Origin: a virus
Taxonomy: Duplodnaviria; Caudoviricetes
IMG/VR virus record: IMGVR_UViG_2930438282_000004
Location: 18,364 to 82,363 of that record
Direction: 5' to 3' (one strand)
Length of the DNA: 64,000 nucleotides
The notes under the pieces are model-generated. The model ran no database searches. It was not told where the DNA came from and saw nothing but the letters and a program-made list of their open reading frames with translations. Position numbers and translations under genes: made by a program. Of this stretch, positions 19,564 to 29,552 are shown piece by piece; the first letter of the stretch is position 1, and the number at the start of each line of letters is the position of its first letter.

Positions 19564-20148
19564 TCATCGGATGCGGTAGCGGCGGGATGTCTCGCTGCCG
19601 TCCTTGACCACTACCCCGGCGAGGCCGAGGAGCTCTGTTGTTGGCGTTGGTGTTGGCTCCTGACCTGCACCAACGCCGCTCTCAGGAGAAGCTGAACGGG
19701 GTAGGGGAGGGGCTGGCAGATCGTCTCTGTGCACGCCCGGTCCGTTCCCTGCGACAGTACGCACGCCCGATCGGACGGGGATGCCCGCCTCGCCGAGGAG
19801 CGCGCGGACAACCTTCGTATCGCCCACACCGAGCTCGTCGCGCAGCTCGGTCAAGAGCACGGAGCGCCCGGTGCCCGCGACCGCCCACAGGGCTGCGGCG
19901 ACGTCCGGTGCCGCGCCCGCCGGCTCGTCGTCTTCGTGGCGGCGCGCCCACCACGCGCGGGTGCGCTGCCATCCGATGGTGCCGATGATGCCAACGAGGA
20001 CATACGCGATCTCGGGCAGCGCGGCCACGATCCCCCACACGGCGAGCGCCCCGACCCCGAACAGGATGATGCGGGCCGCGCGCTGCGCACCGGGGCCCGG
20101 CTCCCCCGGATCCTCGGCGGCCTGCTCGGCCAGCGGCTCGGTGCTCAT
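19564..20148 (-). CDS. Two-TM protein with C-terminal wHTH-like domain
   Basis: MSTEPLAEQ...; ATGA coupling; related to 63646->64000. Confidence 0.7.
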   Translation of the reverse strand: MSTEPLAEQAAEDPGEPGPGAQRAARIILFGVGALAVWGIVAALPEIAYVLVGIIGTIGWQRTRAWWARRHEDDEPAGAAPDVAAALWAVAGTGRSVLLTELRDELGVGDTKVVRALLGEAGIPVRSGVRTVAGNGPGVHRDDLPAPPLPRSASPESGVGAGQEPTPTPTTELLGLAGVVVKDGSETSRRYRIR

Positions 20149-20651
20149 GCGAATACCTGCGTGAAGAGGCTGCCCAGCAGGTTCACCGACGAGCCCAGCG
20201 GCACAGCGGCGACGCCGGCCACGTTCCCGGACAGGGCGACTGCGATCCCGGAGAACGCGCCGAAGAACAGCTTCGCGTTCGACACCCGCGGCGCCCACTT
20301 CCACAGGGCCAAGAGCACCGCGGTGAGCAGGAAGACGATCACGTACCCGCCCGGGGTGAGGACCAGACGCTGAGCGCGGGTGACGTCGGGTGCGCTGCCG
20401 CCCACACCCCACACGAGGGTCCCGTACCCGGCGACGTTCGCGGCCCACAGATTCACCCAGGTCACGGCCCCGACCACGGACCACGTCCCGAGCGCCGCGA
20501 GGGCGGCGAGCATGCCGTAGAGGTGCGACAGGACGAACGGGATCAGCGCTGCGGGCTGGCGCTTCTCCTTGAAGATCCAGCGCAGTACGTAGACGAGGAC
20601 GACGGAGACGCCGAGGGCGACTCCCCCGAGGTTGACGGCCATGTACGGCAT
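20145..20651 (-). CDS. Multi-TM membrane protein
   Basis: Almost entirely hydrophobic. Confidence 0.75.
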   Translation of the reverse strand: MPYMAVNLGGVALGVSVVLVYVLRWIFKEKRQPAALIPFVLSHLYGMLAALAALGTWSVVGAVTWVNLWAANVAGYGTLVWGVGGSAPDVTRAQRLVLTPGGYVIVFLLTAVLLALWKWAPRVSNAKLFFGAFSGIAVALSGNVAGVAAVPLGSSVNLLGSLFTQVFA

Positions 20652-20653
20652 GG

Positions 20654-20824
20654 TCAGTGGCTCCAGATTGCCGTGACGAACAGGGTGGCGACGGTGATGA
20701 CGGCGACGGTGCGTACGACGGGCAGCAGGTACTGGCCGGACGAGTGCCGGGGCGCGACGGCGTGGAGGCCGACCGCGCCAAGGAGAGCGACCAGGGGCCA
20801 GACGAGCAGACCGAGGGGCATCAT
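20654..20824 (-). CDS. Small two-TM protein
   Basis: MMPLGLLVWPLVALLGAVG...; 56 aa; ATGA overlap. Confidence 0.65.
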   Translation of the reverse strand: MMPLGLLVWPLVALLGAVGLHAVAPRHSSGQYLLPVVRTVAVITVATLFVTAIWSH

Positions 20825-22101
20825 GCGTAGCCACCGCCGCCCTTGCCGACCTCTTCGTCCTCCTGCTTCCTGCGGGAGAGGACGGTGCGGATGTACGCGG
20901 TGTCGACGGCGTGTCCATGCTGCGCGAGAAGATGCGCGATCTCCGCAGCAGGCGCATCAGGGCGCATCATCGACGATGCGGCAAGGATGAGTGACGCCTT
21001 GGAGCCGCCTTCGGGGAGGGGCGGAAGCGACGCGGTCGGGGCGCTGGCCTCGGGCGCATCCTGGCTCGCATCATCCGCATCAGGCTGCGCATCACTTGAT
21101 GCGTCGCCCTCGTCATCTGATACGGGGGCGTACTGTGCGACGAACTCCGCGAGGGAGCCCTCGATCTCGAACCACTCGGAGTTGCCGACGCGGTAGGGCT
21201 CGAAGAGCTTGTGGAATCGGCGCTCGATGTCGTGGCTGCCGTGGAAGGCGCAGAGGAGATTGTCGAAGCGGAGGCAGAGCGCGCTGAGTCGACGCATCAG
21301 GTCCCGTGTCGTCCCGATCTTGATTCGGCCGCCGTTGGCGATGAAGTACACGATGGGACCGTGCATGCCGCGCAGCGATGAGAGATCTTCCACGGGTGTC
21401 CCCGCGGGCCCGCGCAGTTCTTTCGCCGAGCGAGTTGCCGGGAGTTCGTCGTCTGGCTCCGGCGCGAGCTGCCCGCGAGGCGTGGCAGTGAGGGACAGTG
21501 CTTCAGCCTCGATCGCTCCTCGGGACCGCATGAGCTGCCGCTGGACAGGGATGAGTGCCTGCTGCGCGCCGACCTCGGCAAGCTGCTTCTCGACCCACGC
21601 TTGGCTGCGGGCGTCGAGGGGCGCCGCGTAGTAGCCCAGCACGACGGTCCACAGACCCTTCACCAGCCCAGAGACGCTCGCACCGATGAGGCCGATCGCC
21701 CGCTCACCATCGAGCCAGCCGTGCGTTGCCACCGCGGCCATGGCGATAGCGAGGGCCACGTGGCCGGCGATGCGCGGCACCTTGGCTCGGCGCCGGTCGT
21801 AGCGGGCAAGCCACTCGACGGCCATGCACATGATCCATGCGAGGTCGAAGGCGACGGCGGCCGCGTACGCGGCGGGGGCGATGGTGACGCGGTCGAGGAG
21901 TCCGCCGATGTTGGTGGTGGACCAGACGACGGTGACGGCGACGAGTAGCCCGGCGAGGAATGTGACGGCGACTAGGACGATGTGGTCCCAGTCGCGGGGT
22001 GGGATGGGGACGACCTCGTCGTACTCCTCGTCGACGATGTGGGTGATGCCGTCGATGGTGTGCGGCACCCTGCGGGATCGGCGGACGGTGCGGGTCTTCA
22101 T
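20821..22101 (-). CDS. Four-TM protein fused to a GIY-YIG (T5orf172/MUG113-like) domain
   Basis: TM block, then IVYFIANGGRIKIGTT...ERRFHKLF...SEWF. Confidence 0.8.
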   Translation of the reverse strand: MKTRTVRRSRRVPHTIDGITHIVDEEYDEVVPIPPRDWDHIVLVAVTFLAGLLVAVTVVWSTTNIGGLLDRVTIAPAAYAAAVAFDLAWIMCMAVEWLARYDRRRAKVPRIAGHVALAIAMAAVATHGWLDGERAIGLIGASVSGLVKGLWTVVLGYYAAPLDARSQAWVEKQLAEVGAQQALIPVQRQLMRSRGAIEAEALSLTATPRGQLAPEPDDELPATRSAKELRGPAGTPVEDLSSLRGMHGPIVYFIANGGRIKIGTTRDLMRRLSALCLRFDNLLCAFHGSHDIERRFHKLFEPYRVGNSEWFEIEGSLAEFVAQYAPVSDDEGDASSDAQPDADDASQDAPEASAPTASLPPLPEGGSKASLILAASSMMRPDAPAAEIAHLLAQHGHAVDTAYIRTVLSRRKQEDEEVGKGGGGYA

Positions 22102-22309
22102 CGGATCATCCAGGCGTAGGCGGCGAGCGGGACGGGGACGAGGAACGGGCCGGGCTGCGTGGTCATGACGGAGAGCACCGCGACCCAGGTGAACCCCCAG
22201 CGGGCCAGGGGTGATTGCAAGCGGCGGCGTATGGGGGCTCCAGGGGTTCATGAGATGGGCTGGCCCCCGCGGGGGGAGTCGTCGCGGGGGCCGGCGGTCT
22301 GGGGTTGGG

Positions 22310-22516
22310 TCACCAACGGAGGCCGCGGCGGCGGTCCTCCCACCGCTGGCCTTCGCGGTCGGCCTTAGCGGCTTGCCGGTGGTGGTTGCGGCGCTGGTCT
22401 TCGCGGCGCTTGCGTTCGACGCGTGCAGCGCGATCTGTGGCGGACTCGCGTCCGGCGTAACGGGTCTGGGCGAGCTGGCGGTCGTTGCTGCCACCGAGCC
22501 AGGAGAGGAAGCCCAT
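22310..22516 (-). CDS. Small basic protein
   Basis: Coupled start; ESATDRAAR motif. Confidence 0.6.
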   Translation of the reverse strand: MGFLSWLGGSNDRQLAQTRYAGRESATDRAARVERKRREDQRRNHHRQAAKADREGQRWEDRRRGLRW

Positions 22517-22695
22517 CAGTGGTCGCCTCCGGGCTCCATGCCGTGGACGCGGTCCTCGCCGGTGAGCTTCGCGCGGCGGGCCTGCGCGTGGGCGTAGTCG
22601 ACGGCGGCGCGTTCCAGGAGCTGGTCTGCGGTGGCGTTCGTGTCTTCTGAGATGGGGGTGGGCTGCGGTAAGGGCTGATCGGTACGCTCAGGCAT
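22516..22695 (-). CDS. Small hypothetical protein
   Basis: First gene of the membrane cluster. Confidence 0.55.
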   Translation of the reverse strand: MPERTDQPLPQPTPISEDTNATADQLLERAAVDYAHAQARRAKLTGEDRVHGMEPGGDH

Positions 22696-22804
22696 CAAGG
22701 CCTGCCTTTTCGTGATGGTTGAGGTGGGCCTGGCCCCGTCCCGGAGCGCCAACTCAGCGGGACGGGGCCGTTTTGCTCAGTAGCGCGGTGCCACTTCCAG
22801 CACT

Positions 22805-22821
22805 GTAGGGGAACCCCCTAC
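22805..22821. promoter_or_regulatory. Palindromic operator candidate
   Basis: GTAGGGG-AAC-CCCCTAC between divergent genes, next to an HTH gene. Confidence 0.5.
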
Positions 22822-22859
22822 GCTTGGCCAGCGGCCCGCCCGAACAGAAGGGGCCGGGT

Positions 22860-23156
22860 GTGACCGAGGAGGCGCAGCGGGTGTTCGATGCCATCGAGGC
22901 GCTCAAGCACATCGCCGACCCGACCCAGAGGGCGCGTGCCCTTGGCGAGGTGCTGAAGGCGCTGCCGGTGCAGAACAAGGCGCTGAAGGAGGCCCGGCAG
23001 GAAGCAGTGAAGGAACTGTTGGAGCGTCCAGGTGCCTCGCTGCGGAGCGTCGGAGCCGAGCTGGGCATCAACTTCAGCACGGTGCAGGACATCGTGAAGG
23101 GCTATTCCGGCTCGGGGAAGAACCGGCCCAAGACGCAAGGGGCGTCGGATGGATGA
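22860..23156 (+). CDS. HTH DNA-binding protein
   Basis: SLRSVGAELGINFSTVQDI. Confidence 0.8.
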   Translation: MTEEAQRVFDAIEALKHIADPTQRARALGEVLKALPVQNKALKEARQEAVKELLERPGASLRSVGAELGINFSTVQDIVKGYSGSGKNRPKTQGASDG

Positions 23157-23508
23157 GCTCGTGCAGTGGCTCGGCAAGCAACTCGACGCCGAGGCGGCGC
23201 ACAGCCGACAGGTGGCCGACAAGTACGGGGCCGAGTGGGAAGCGGCCAGGGACTGGGTAAGCAGCGACACGGGCACCGACGTGATCGACGAGGCTGGGGC
23301 GCCGGTCGAATTCATCGCCGCCCACGACCCAGCCCGAGTGCTGCGCGAGATCGACACCAAGCGGCAGCTCATGGAAGGGCACGAGCCCGACGAATGCGTA
23401 CCCCCATGCTGTACCGGGTGCGTAGACGACCACCCGTGCCGACACCTGCGCCTCTTGGCCCTGCCCTACGCGGACCGGCCCGGCTACCGCGAGGATTGGC
23501 GGCCGTAA
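23149..23508 (+). CDS. DUF6221-family protein
   Basis: HDPARVLREIDTKR...LALPYADRPGYREDWRP. Confidence 0.85.
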   Translation: MDELVQWLGKQLDAEAAHSRQVADKYGAEWEAARDWVSSDTGTDVIDEAGAPVEFIAAHDPARVLREIDTKRQLMEGHEPDECVPPCCTGCVDDHPCRHLRLLALPYADRPGYREDWRP

Positions 23509-23587
23509 CCGTTCGCGCCCTGCCTGGACGTGTCGAGGCAGGGCGTCATTATGGGCAACCGAACGCCGAGTGAGAAATGAGGCTATC

Positions 23588-23749
23588 GTGAATTACGGCA
23601 GCTTTTCTTTTGGAGTTCTGATGGGGCTGATATGCGCTTTGGTTATTATGGACCTTTGTGGGCGTCAAAAAAAGCCGCCTCGCCCGCGGGTCCTAATTGC
23701 CGCATCCATTGCTTCGCTCGTGACATTCATTGTCAATATTTATACTTAG
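23588..23749 (+). CDS. Small low-GC membrane protein
   Basis: VNYGSFSFGVLMGLICALV...IVNIYT; two hydrophobic segments. Confidence 0.45.
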   Translation: MNYGSFSFGVLMGLICALVIMDLCGRQKKPPRPRVLIAASIASLVTFIVNIYT

Positions 23750-23920
23750 TGTCGTCCTGTCCAGCTCAACCGTGCTCAACCTCCACGCGATCAGGAATCT
23801 GACGGGCCTCAACGGTCCCGGGCGCCATGTTCATCCCCGGATCTGGCCTCAGTTGGATGCCATAAACTACGGAATTAAAGGAGCGTGTGTCCGTCGGATA
23901 GGCTTTATCGTCGGACAGGC

Positions 23921-24145
23921 ATGTTTGATATGGAGATTATTTACTCGATCCTTGTCGCGATGCCGTTTGTTCTTCTCGGGGCTGCGATCGTTACCAATTT
24001 TCGGGGACTCGGAGGATTCTTTTCGAGCGGACGCGAGGAGGGTGCAAGAGGTCGAAATCAGATGATCCTTGCGCTTGGCTGGTTTTTCATTGTTATGCCC
24101 GTGTATCCGGTGATGTATGAAGTGGTCCACGCTCTTTTTTATTAA
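23921..24145 (+). CDS. Small low-GC two-TM protein
   Basis: Two hydrophobic helices. Confidence 0.6.
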   Translation: MFDMEIIYSILVAMPFVLLGAAIVTNFRGLGGFFSSGREEGARGRNQMILALGWFFIVMPVYPVMYEVVHALFY

Positions 24146-24271
24146 TGGATATATTTTCACAGGCGGCTACGTCTCGCGCAGGGCCACGCCGGGACAAGGT
24201 GGATCCCTGGACCATCGAACGCGCCATGGCCTGGCCGCCAGTTGCAGTCGCCTGATTCGCACTTTGAATGG

Positions 24272-24799
24272 ATGCCCCTAGAAATGCTACTCGATCCAGA
24301 GGTGAAGAGTGATGCGGAGCGACTTCGATGGGAGTTCGTTCCGCTTGTAAGCGTTGGGCCGCTGCACTTTGGCATGCCGCGAGATCAGGTGATCGACGCC
24401 CTCTCTGCCGGCAAGCCCACATACAGCAAAGTCCCTGTCGCCGGTGGATTCGATTTCTTCTACGAGGCCGGCCTAACTGTCTATTACGGCGCTCAGGGTG
24501 AATTGGCCTGCGTGGCGGTCGACCCTTTCCAGGGTCCTCTTGTCTCTATCGGCGGTTTCCAGCTTACCCATCGTCTCCCCTCAGAAGTTAAGGCATGGAT
24601 GAAGCGAGGGGAAGCATGGGAGTTTCGCTTGAATCAACGATGTGAACCATCGTTCGAAGAGGTTGGATTGGTGATTCGTGGAAAGCAGGGAGGAGACTTG
24701 ATTCGCAGTGGCCCAGTCTTTGTATCGCGCGGATGGGCTGCAGGCTTCGCTGACGGCCCGGAATTCCTGACGTATGGGCGCCACCAGGAGCCCTGCTAA
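24272..24799 (+). CDS. Hypothetical, immunity-protein-like
   Basis: WEFVPLVSVGPLHFGM motif. Confidence 0.65.
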   Translation: MPLEMLLDPEVKSDAERLRWEFVPLVSVGPLHFGMPRDQVIDALSAGKPTYSKVPVAGGFDFFYEAGLTVYYGAQGELACVAVDPFQGPLVSIGGFQLTHRLPSEVKAWMKRGEAWEFRLNQRCEPSFEEVGLVIRGKQGGDLIRSGPVFVSRGWAAGFADGPEFLTYGRHQEPC

Positions 24800-25051
24800 A
24801 GGGAGTACTTGGAACGACTCACCGGTAGTTTCGTAGCGCTGACGTTGTGCCTGGAGGTTCCCGCGCAGCAACGCGGGGTGGTGCCCGCACCGACGCCCCG
24901 TCTCGATTGAGGCGGGGCGTCCCTCGTTGCAGCAGCTGTGGGCCCAGCAGGGGCGACGAGCAGCGGGATCGTGCTATGCCCGCCGGTCTACCGCACGACG
25001 CCGGTGATCGATGCCGGGCGTTGTCGCACCTCGCGCGTAAGGTCGCTGCGC

Positions 25052-25324
25052 GTGGCACACACCTTTGACGAACTCGTGGAGAAACAGCGCGCCTCCGACC
25101 GGGCGCAGGAACAGGTCGAACAGCTCCGGGACGCCTACGGGCCGCCGACCGCGGAGCCATGGAGCGAGCAGCAGACCGAGACGTACGAGACCGCATGGCG
25201 CGCCTGGCGTGACCTTGCGCGAGACGTGCAGGCGGCGATCACCGAGTTCGCCACGGATGAGGGTCAGGCCCGGAACGATGTCGAGGCGGATGTGAAGAAG
25301 CAGGCCCGGCACCCGGAGTCCTGA
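25052..25324 (+). CDS. Hypothetical protein
   Basis: High GC3; helical. Confidence 0.7.
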   Translation: MAHTFDELVEKQRASDRAQEQVEQLRDAYGPPTAEPWSEQQTETYETAWRAWRDLARDVQAAITEFATDEGQARNDVEADVKKQARHPES

Positions 25325-25325
25325 T

Positions 25326-25547
25326 CTACGCGGCGGGGCTGGCCGCGGGCTTCGGCCAGGTGGCCAGCTCCTCGTCCGTCTCGGTGTCGACGAGGGTGAT
25401 CCGCGCACCATCGCGCCCGTAGTCGCCGACTGTTGCCGAGAACTTCTTGCGGCCCGTGGCCTCGCGCCCCCACCAGCCGTCCATCACCCGGCGGTCGTCG
25501 AGAAACAGGGTGAGGCGGTAGCGGCCGGCGTCATCCATGAACGGCAC
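25326..25547 (-). CDS. Hypothetical protein
   Basis: RYRLTL..MDGWW..ELATWP. Confidence 0.65.
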   Translation of the reverse strand: MPFMDDAGRYRLTLFLDDRRVMDGWWGREATGRKKFSATVGDYGRDGARITLVDTETDEELATWPKPAASPAA

Positions 25548-25800
25548 CCGTTCTGCCGAGCACGGTCGGCGCGGCCAGTTCGGACAGTACGCCCGGTGTG
25601 TGGCGTCGGCAGAGACCGACCCACCGGGGGTCGGCGGTTGTGCCGACCACCCAGGTGCTCAGGCAGGTGTCGCCACAGATCGCGCATCCGGTCAGGAGCG
25701 CGAGGTGGTCCCGCATCTCCTTCCATGAAGGGGAGGGCGGCGCGGGGTCGAGCGGGTCGGTGTCGACGCCGTGGTGCTGGAGCAGCTCGTCCACGTCCAT
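25531..25800 (-). CDS. Small zinc-finger protein
   Basis: CAICG...LCRRH; GGAGG RBS. Confidence 0.6.
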   Translation of the reverse strand: MDVDELLQHHGVDTDPLDPAPPSPSWKEMRDHLALLTGCAICGDTCLSTWVVGTTADPRWVGLCRRHTPGVLSELAAPTVLGRTGAVHG

Positions 25801-25860
25801 GGCGTCCTCCGTCCTGTGGCCGAGGTGGCAGGGCCCACCCTACGCCGTAATATCGAACAG

Positions 25861-26208
25861 GTGAACGACCCGTCCAAGCTCGACCTCCTCCACTTCGCCC
25901 GCCGAGTGGTGTTCCAGCAGGCCACAGCAGCACTCGCACAGATCGACACGTGGATCGCACAGGAGGAAGAACGCGAGTCGCGGCAACGGCAAGCCGACGA
26001 GATGCGGCCGGCTCCACCCGAGTGGGCAGTCGAGCGCGGCCTGCAGAAGACGAACCTGGTCGCCGTGCACACGGGCGACTGCTGGACCGTGCGGAAGAGC
26101 AGCCGGTGCGTCGGAGTGTCGCGAGCTCAGGCGATCGACGCGCTACGACGCCAGGTGCCGGCGTGCACGCACTGCCGGCCGGATACAGCGCTGGGAGTCC
26201 TCGATTGA
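25861..26208 (+). CDS. DUF6233-domain protein
   Basis: VHTGDCW...ACTHCRPDTALG. Confidence 0.85.
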   Translation: MNDPSKLDLLHFARRVVFQQATAALAQIDTWIAQEEERESRQRQADEMRPAPPEWAVERGLQKTNLVAVHTGDCWTVRKSSRCVGVSRAQAIDALRRQVPACTHCRPDTALGVLD

Positions 26209-26858
26209 AGGTGCCGCCATCCTGACGCGCCCCCCGTGTGGTGCAGTACGGGGGGCGCTGCCTTGCGCTGCAGCCAGCAGCCGGGGCAGCTTCGAAGAAC
26301 CGCGGCCAGGCTTACAGCGCAACTTTCATTTCTCGGCGCAGGCCAGTGAGCCCGCTACGGCGGCTCCCCGGGTCAGCAAGGCAGACCTGATAGCCAGCTA
26401 GCCAGCCGACCTGGGGGCGCCTTCCGCTTGTACAAGCGTCACGCTGCCGCGGTGCGGACGCATCTCGAACGCGCGAGCGCGCCGCCCACTCCATGTGGTG
26501 CTGCGTCCGGAGGAGTGGCGGCGCGCTCTGCCGCGACTTCCACGGTGCCTGGCCTGGAAGACACCATGCCGCGTGGGGTCGACCCGATCCTGACCGGCTG
26601 GTTTCGGGAGCGTCAACCAGAGCAGCCATGCGTGGCGCGGAACTTGGGGGGCGAATCCGGTGCAGGCGGACAAGGCTGGAGCTGGTGACAGCAGTGCCCT
26701 ACCTGGCACTCCGACCTGACCGTCCAAAGGGGCCTCGGAATCCTGCGCTCCATCTTGGTGACTTACGATGAGGCCGATGGGCAAGGGCGCCGATCATTCA
26801 GCGCCTTCCCGCACCAGACTGTGCGGAACGGCTTGGTGCTCCACGGTGCAGGACGAAA

Positions 26859-27836
26859 GTGGCAACGATATTCGACGGCAGTCGGCTGCCGGAGAAGGAC
26901 CGTATGGAGGGATTCCGATCGGTTTTTGTCCGGGAGACCACGCCCCACCACACCGTCTTCCTGCGCCCGCGCACCGGTCCCGTCAACGCCAAGGTCGATC
27001 TCTGGCGGCTCAACGACGACGTCCAAGTAATGCGGCTGAACAACACCGGTGTGATGCACCGGCGTTCGGAGCAAGCGCTGCACGCGACGGGCCCCGAACG
27101 TGTCGCCTTCGTGGTGCATGACGGCAGCCCCGGTCGGTACGAACACGCGGGACACGCTCGGACGCTGAGCCGAGGAACCCTATATCTGACTGATCTCAAC
27201 GCGGCCTTCACCTACTCCCGGTCCGGCGAAGGCGCGGCGATCATCGCACAGATCGAGCGGGACCGGCTGGGCGTCTCCATTGAGCAGGTCTACCGGGCGG
27301 ACAGCCGGTTGTCTGCAAGTCCCTTCTACGATCTGGTACGCAGGCACATCGCGGGAACGCCGGGGAGCGCGGCGGCGATGGGGGAGAGGGAGCGCACGCT
27401 GCTAGCCGGGATCACGGCTCAGCTGATGCGGGCGCTCATCGTGACCTCGGCTGATCCTGAAAGTGCCGCCGGACGTGAGGCGCTGCAGGATCACTTGGTG
27501 GACCGCATCCGGTCGTATATCGCCCTGCATTTCCGCGATCCCGGGCTCACCGCCGACCGCATCGCCTATGAGCACGCGATCTCCGTCCGTCATCTGTTCC
27601 GCCTGTGGACTGGCCAGGGCGCCTCATTGGGCGAGACGATCATGGCGACCCGGCTGGAGGCGGCCCGGCAAGAGCTCGTCGCGCACCCGGCGGTTCCGGT
27701 CGGGCACATCGCCCACCGGTGCGGTTTTGTCAGTGTGTCGCACTTCAGCCGCCGTTTCCGCGCGGCGTTCGCCTGCTCCCCCACCCAGTGGAGGGTCGAG
27801 TCCGCCGGGAGCCCCGCCTCTTCACCCGGGGCGTGA
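26859..27836 (+). CDS. AraC-family transcriptional regulator
   Basis: C-terminal ISVRHLFRL...GFVSVSHFSRRFR. Confidence 0.92.
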   Translation: MATIFDGSRLPEKDRMEGFRSVFVRETTPHHTVFLRPRTGPVNAKVDLWRLNDDVQVMRLNNTGVMHRRSEQALHATGPERVAFVVHDGSPGRYEHAGHARTLSRGTLYLTDLNAAFTYSRSGEGAAIIAQIERDRLGVSIEQVYRADSRLSASPFYDLVRRHIAGTPGSAAAMGERERTLLAGITAQLMRALIVTSADPESAAGREALQDHLVDRIRSYIALHFRDPGLTADRIAYEHAISVRHLFRLWTGQGASLGETIMATRLEAARQELVAHPAVPVGHIAHRCGFVSVSHFSRRFRAAFACSPTQWRVESAGSPASSPGA

Positions 27837-27844
27837 AGACACCG

Positions 27845-28030
27845 GCGGGGGGGGGGGGGGGGGGCCCCCCCCCGGGGGGGGCCCCCCCCCCCCCCCCCCC
27901 CCCCGGCCCCCCCCCCCCCCGGCCCCGCCCCCCCCCCCCCCCCCGGGTGGGGGGGGGCGGCGCCGGGGGGCCCCCCGCCAGGCCCGGGGGGGGGTCCCCC
28001 CGGGGGGGGGGCGGGGGCTCCAACCCCGCG
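27845..28030. repeat. G/C homopolymer tract (probable sequencing or assembly artefact)
   Basis: Long pure G and C runs. Confidence 0.7.
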
Positions 28031-28068
28031 TGGTGGCCCCGGCCCCCGGCCCTCGCCCGGGAGAAAGA

Positions 28069-29049
28069 TCAGTCCTGACGCGGCGCGCTCAGCGCGGCCC
28101 GCAGGGTGTGTCCGGCCAGATCCATGGCTGCCTTCGCGGCATGGGTGTCCCGGAGCGCGTCGAGCATCACGAAGTCGTGGATGATGCCCTGGAAGCGCAC
28201 GGCGGTGACGGCCACGCCGGCCAACCGCAGCTTGTTGGCGTACGCCTCGCCCTCGTCCCGCAGTACGTCGGCCTCACCCGTGATGACCAGGGCCGGAGGC
28301 AGTCCCTTGAGCTGCTCGAGGCTAGCGCGCAGCGGCGAGGCGGTCGCCTCGGCCCGCTGGGCCTCGTCGGTGGTGTACTGGTCCCAGAACCACTGCATCC
28401 CGTCGCGGCGCAGGAAGTAGCCCTCAGCGAACTGGTGGTAGGAGCCGGTGTCGAAGCCGGCGTCGGTCACCGGGTAGAAAAGGACCTGCTGGACCAGCGG
28501 GACGTCGCCGAACTCCTTGGCCATGAGCGTGAGGACGGCGGCCATGTTGCCGCCGACGGAGTCGCCGGCGACCGCGATGCGCGTGGGGTCCAGGCCCTTG
28601 CCCGCGCCGTCGGTGACGATCCATCGGGCCACGGTGTAGTTCTGCTCGATAGCCACCGGGTAGCGGGCCTCCGGGGAGAGGTCGTACTCGGGGAAGACGA
28701 CCGCGGCGCCGGCACGGACGGCCAGCTCGCGCACCAACCGGTCGTGGGTGTGTGCATTGCCGAACACCCAACCGGCACCGTGGATATAGAGGAGCACGGG
28801 AAGGACGCCGGCGACGCCCTTCGGACGTATCACGCGGACCCGGACCGAGCCGGTCGGGCCACCCTCCACGGTGATCCATTCCTCGTCGACGGCGGGCCTG
28901 GGGACGTCCCCGGACTGCACCTCGTTCACCGCCTTGCGACCCTCCTCGGGAGGCAGCTCGAAGAGAAACGGCCGCTGATCGGTGGCCCTTGCGAAATCGG
29001 CGGCCGCGGGTTCCAGAACCGTCGCCTTCGGGGTGTTGTCGATGGACAT
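28069..29049 (-). CDS. Alpha/beta hydrolase (HSL-family esterase)
   Basis: HGAGW, GDSVGG, D(VLRDE), H(DF). Confidence 0.92.
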   Translation of the reverse strand: MSIDNTPKATVLEPAAADFARATDQRPFLFELPPEEGRKAVNEVQSGDVPRPAVDEEWITVEGGPTGSVRVRVIRPKGVAGVLPVLLYIHGAGWVFGNAHTHDRLVRELAVRAGAAVVFPEYDLSPEARYPVAIEQNYTVARWIVTDGAGKGLDPTRIAVAGDSVGGNMAAVLTLMAKEFGDVPLVQQVLFYPVTDAGFDTGSYHQFAEGYFLRRDGMQWFWDQYTTDEAQRAEATASPLRASLEQLKGLPPALVITGEADVLRDEGEAYANKLRLAGVAVTAVRFQGIIHDFVMLDALRDTHAAKAAMDLAGHTLRAALSAPRQD

Positions 29050-29314
29050 GTCGTTCCTTTTGTTCTTGCGTAGGGGGTGTGGCAACGAGGCTAGGCCTGG
29101 CTGTTGTTCCGAAACTGACCAAGCCTTGTCCCTCCCTGCACAACCGCATCGCCCGCCGGACACCACCGCGGCCGCCACTCCACGGGGGGGGTGCGCGCCC
29201 CGAATCAACAGCGGTCGTTCCTGACCCGGGGCGTGTGGGTCGCGAGCCGTGGCAGCCGTGCGGGTGGCGCAGAACCGGGGGTGCGACCCGGGACACCCGG
29301 ACCAGGCTGGAGCT

Positions 29315-29545
29315 ATGGCCAGGCATCGCGTGATCGTCTACCCGCCGACCAAGACGGGCGGCCGTCGGGTGCGCGTGGACGGATGCATCCTCGGCACCGC
29401 CTACAGCCCGCACGACCTCAGCGTGTTCCTCTGCCACGCGGGCATCATGGGCTTGACCGAGGTGGACTTGGCAGCCGAGGACCCGATCGAGTACGTCAGC
29501 GAGCTGATTGAGTGGCGTGGCGGCGGCCCAGGCGTGTGGAAGTAG
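29315..29545 (+). CDS. Hypothetical protein
   Basis: VYPP..GGRRVRVDG..IEWRGGGP. Confidence 0.75.
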   Translation: MARHRVIVYPPTKTGGRRVRVDGCILGTAYSPHDLSVFLCHAGIMGLTEVDLAAEDPIEYVSELIEWRGGGPGVWK

Positions 29546-29552
29546 ACCGAGC

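Noticed and set aside
27845-28030. Poly-G/poly-C tract as a G-quadruplex or Pro/Gly-rich ORF
   Set aside because: It looks like degraded base-calling at a GC hairpin between convergent genes and needs raw reads before any claim
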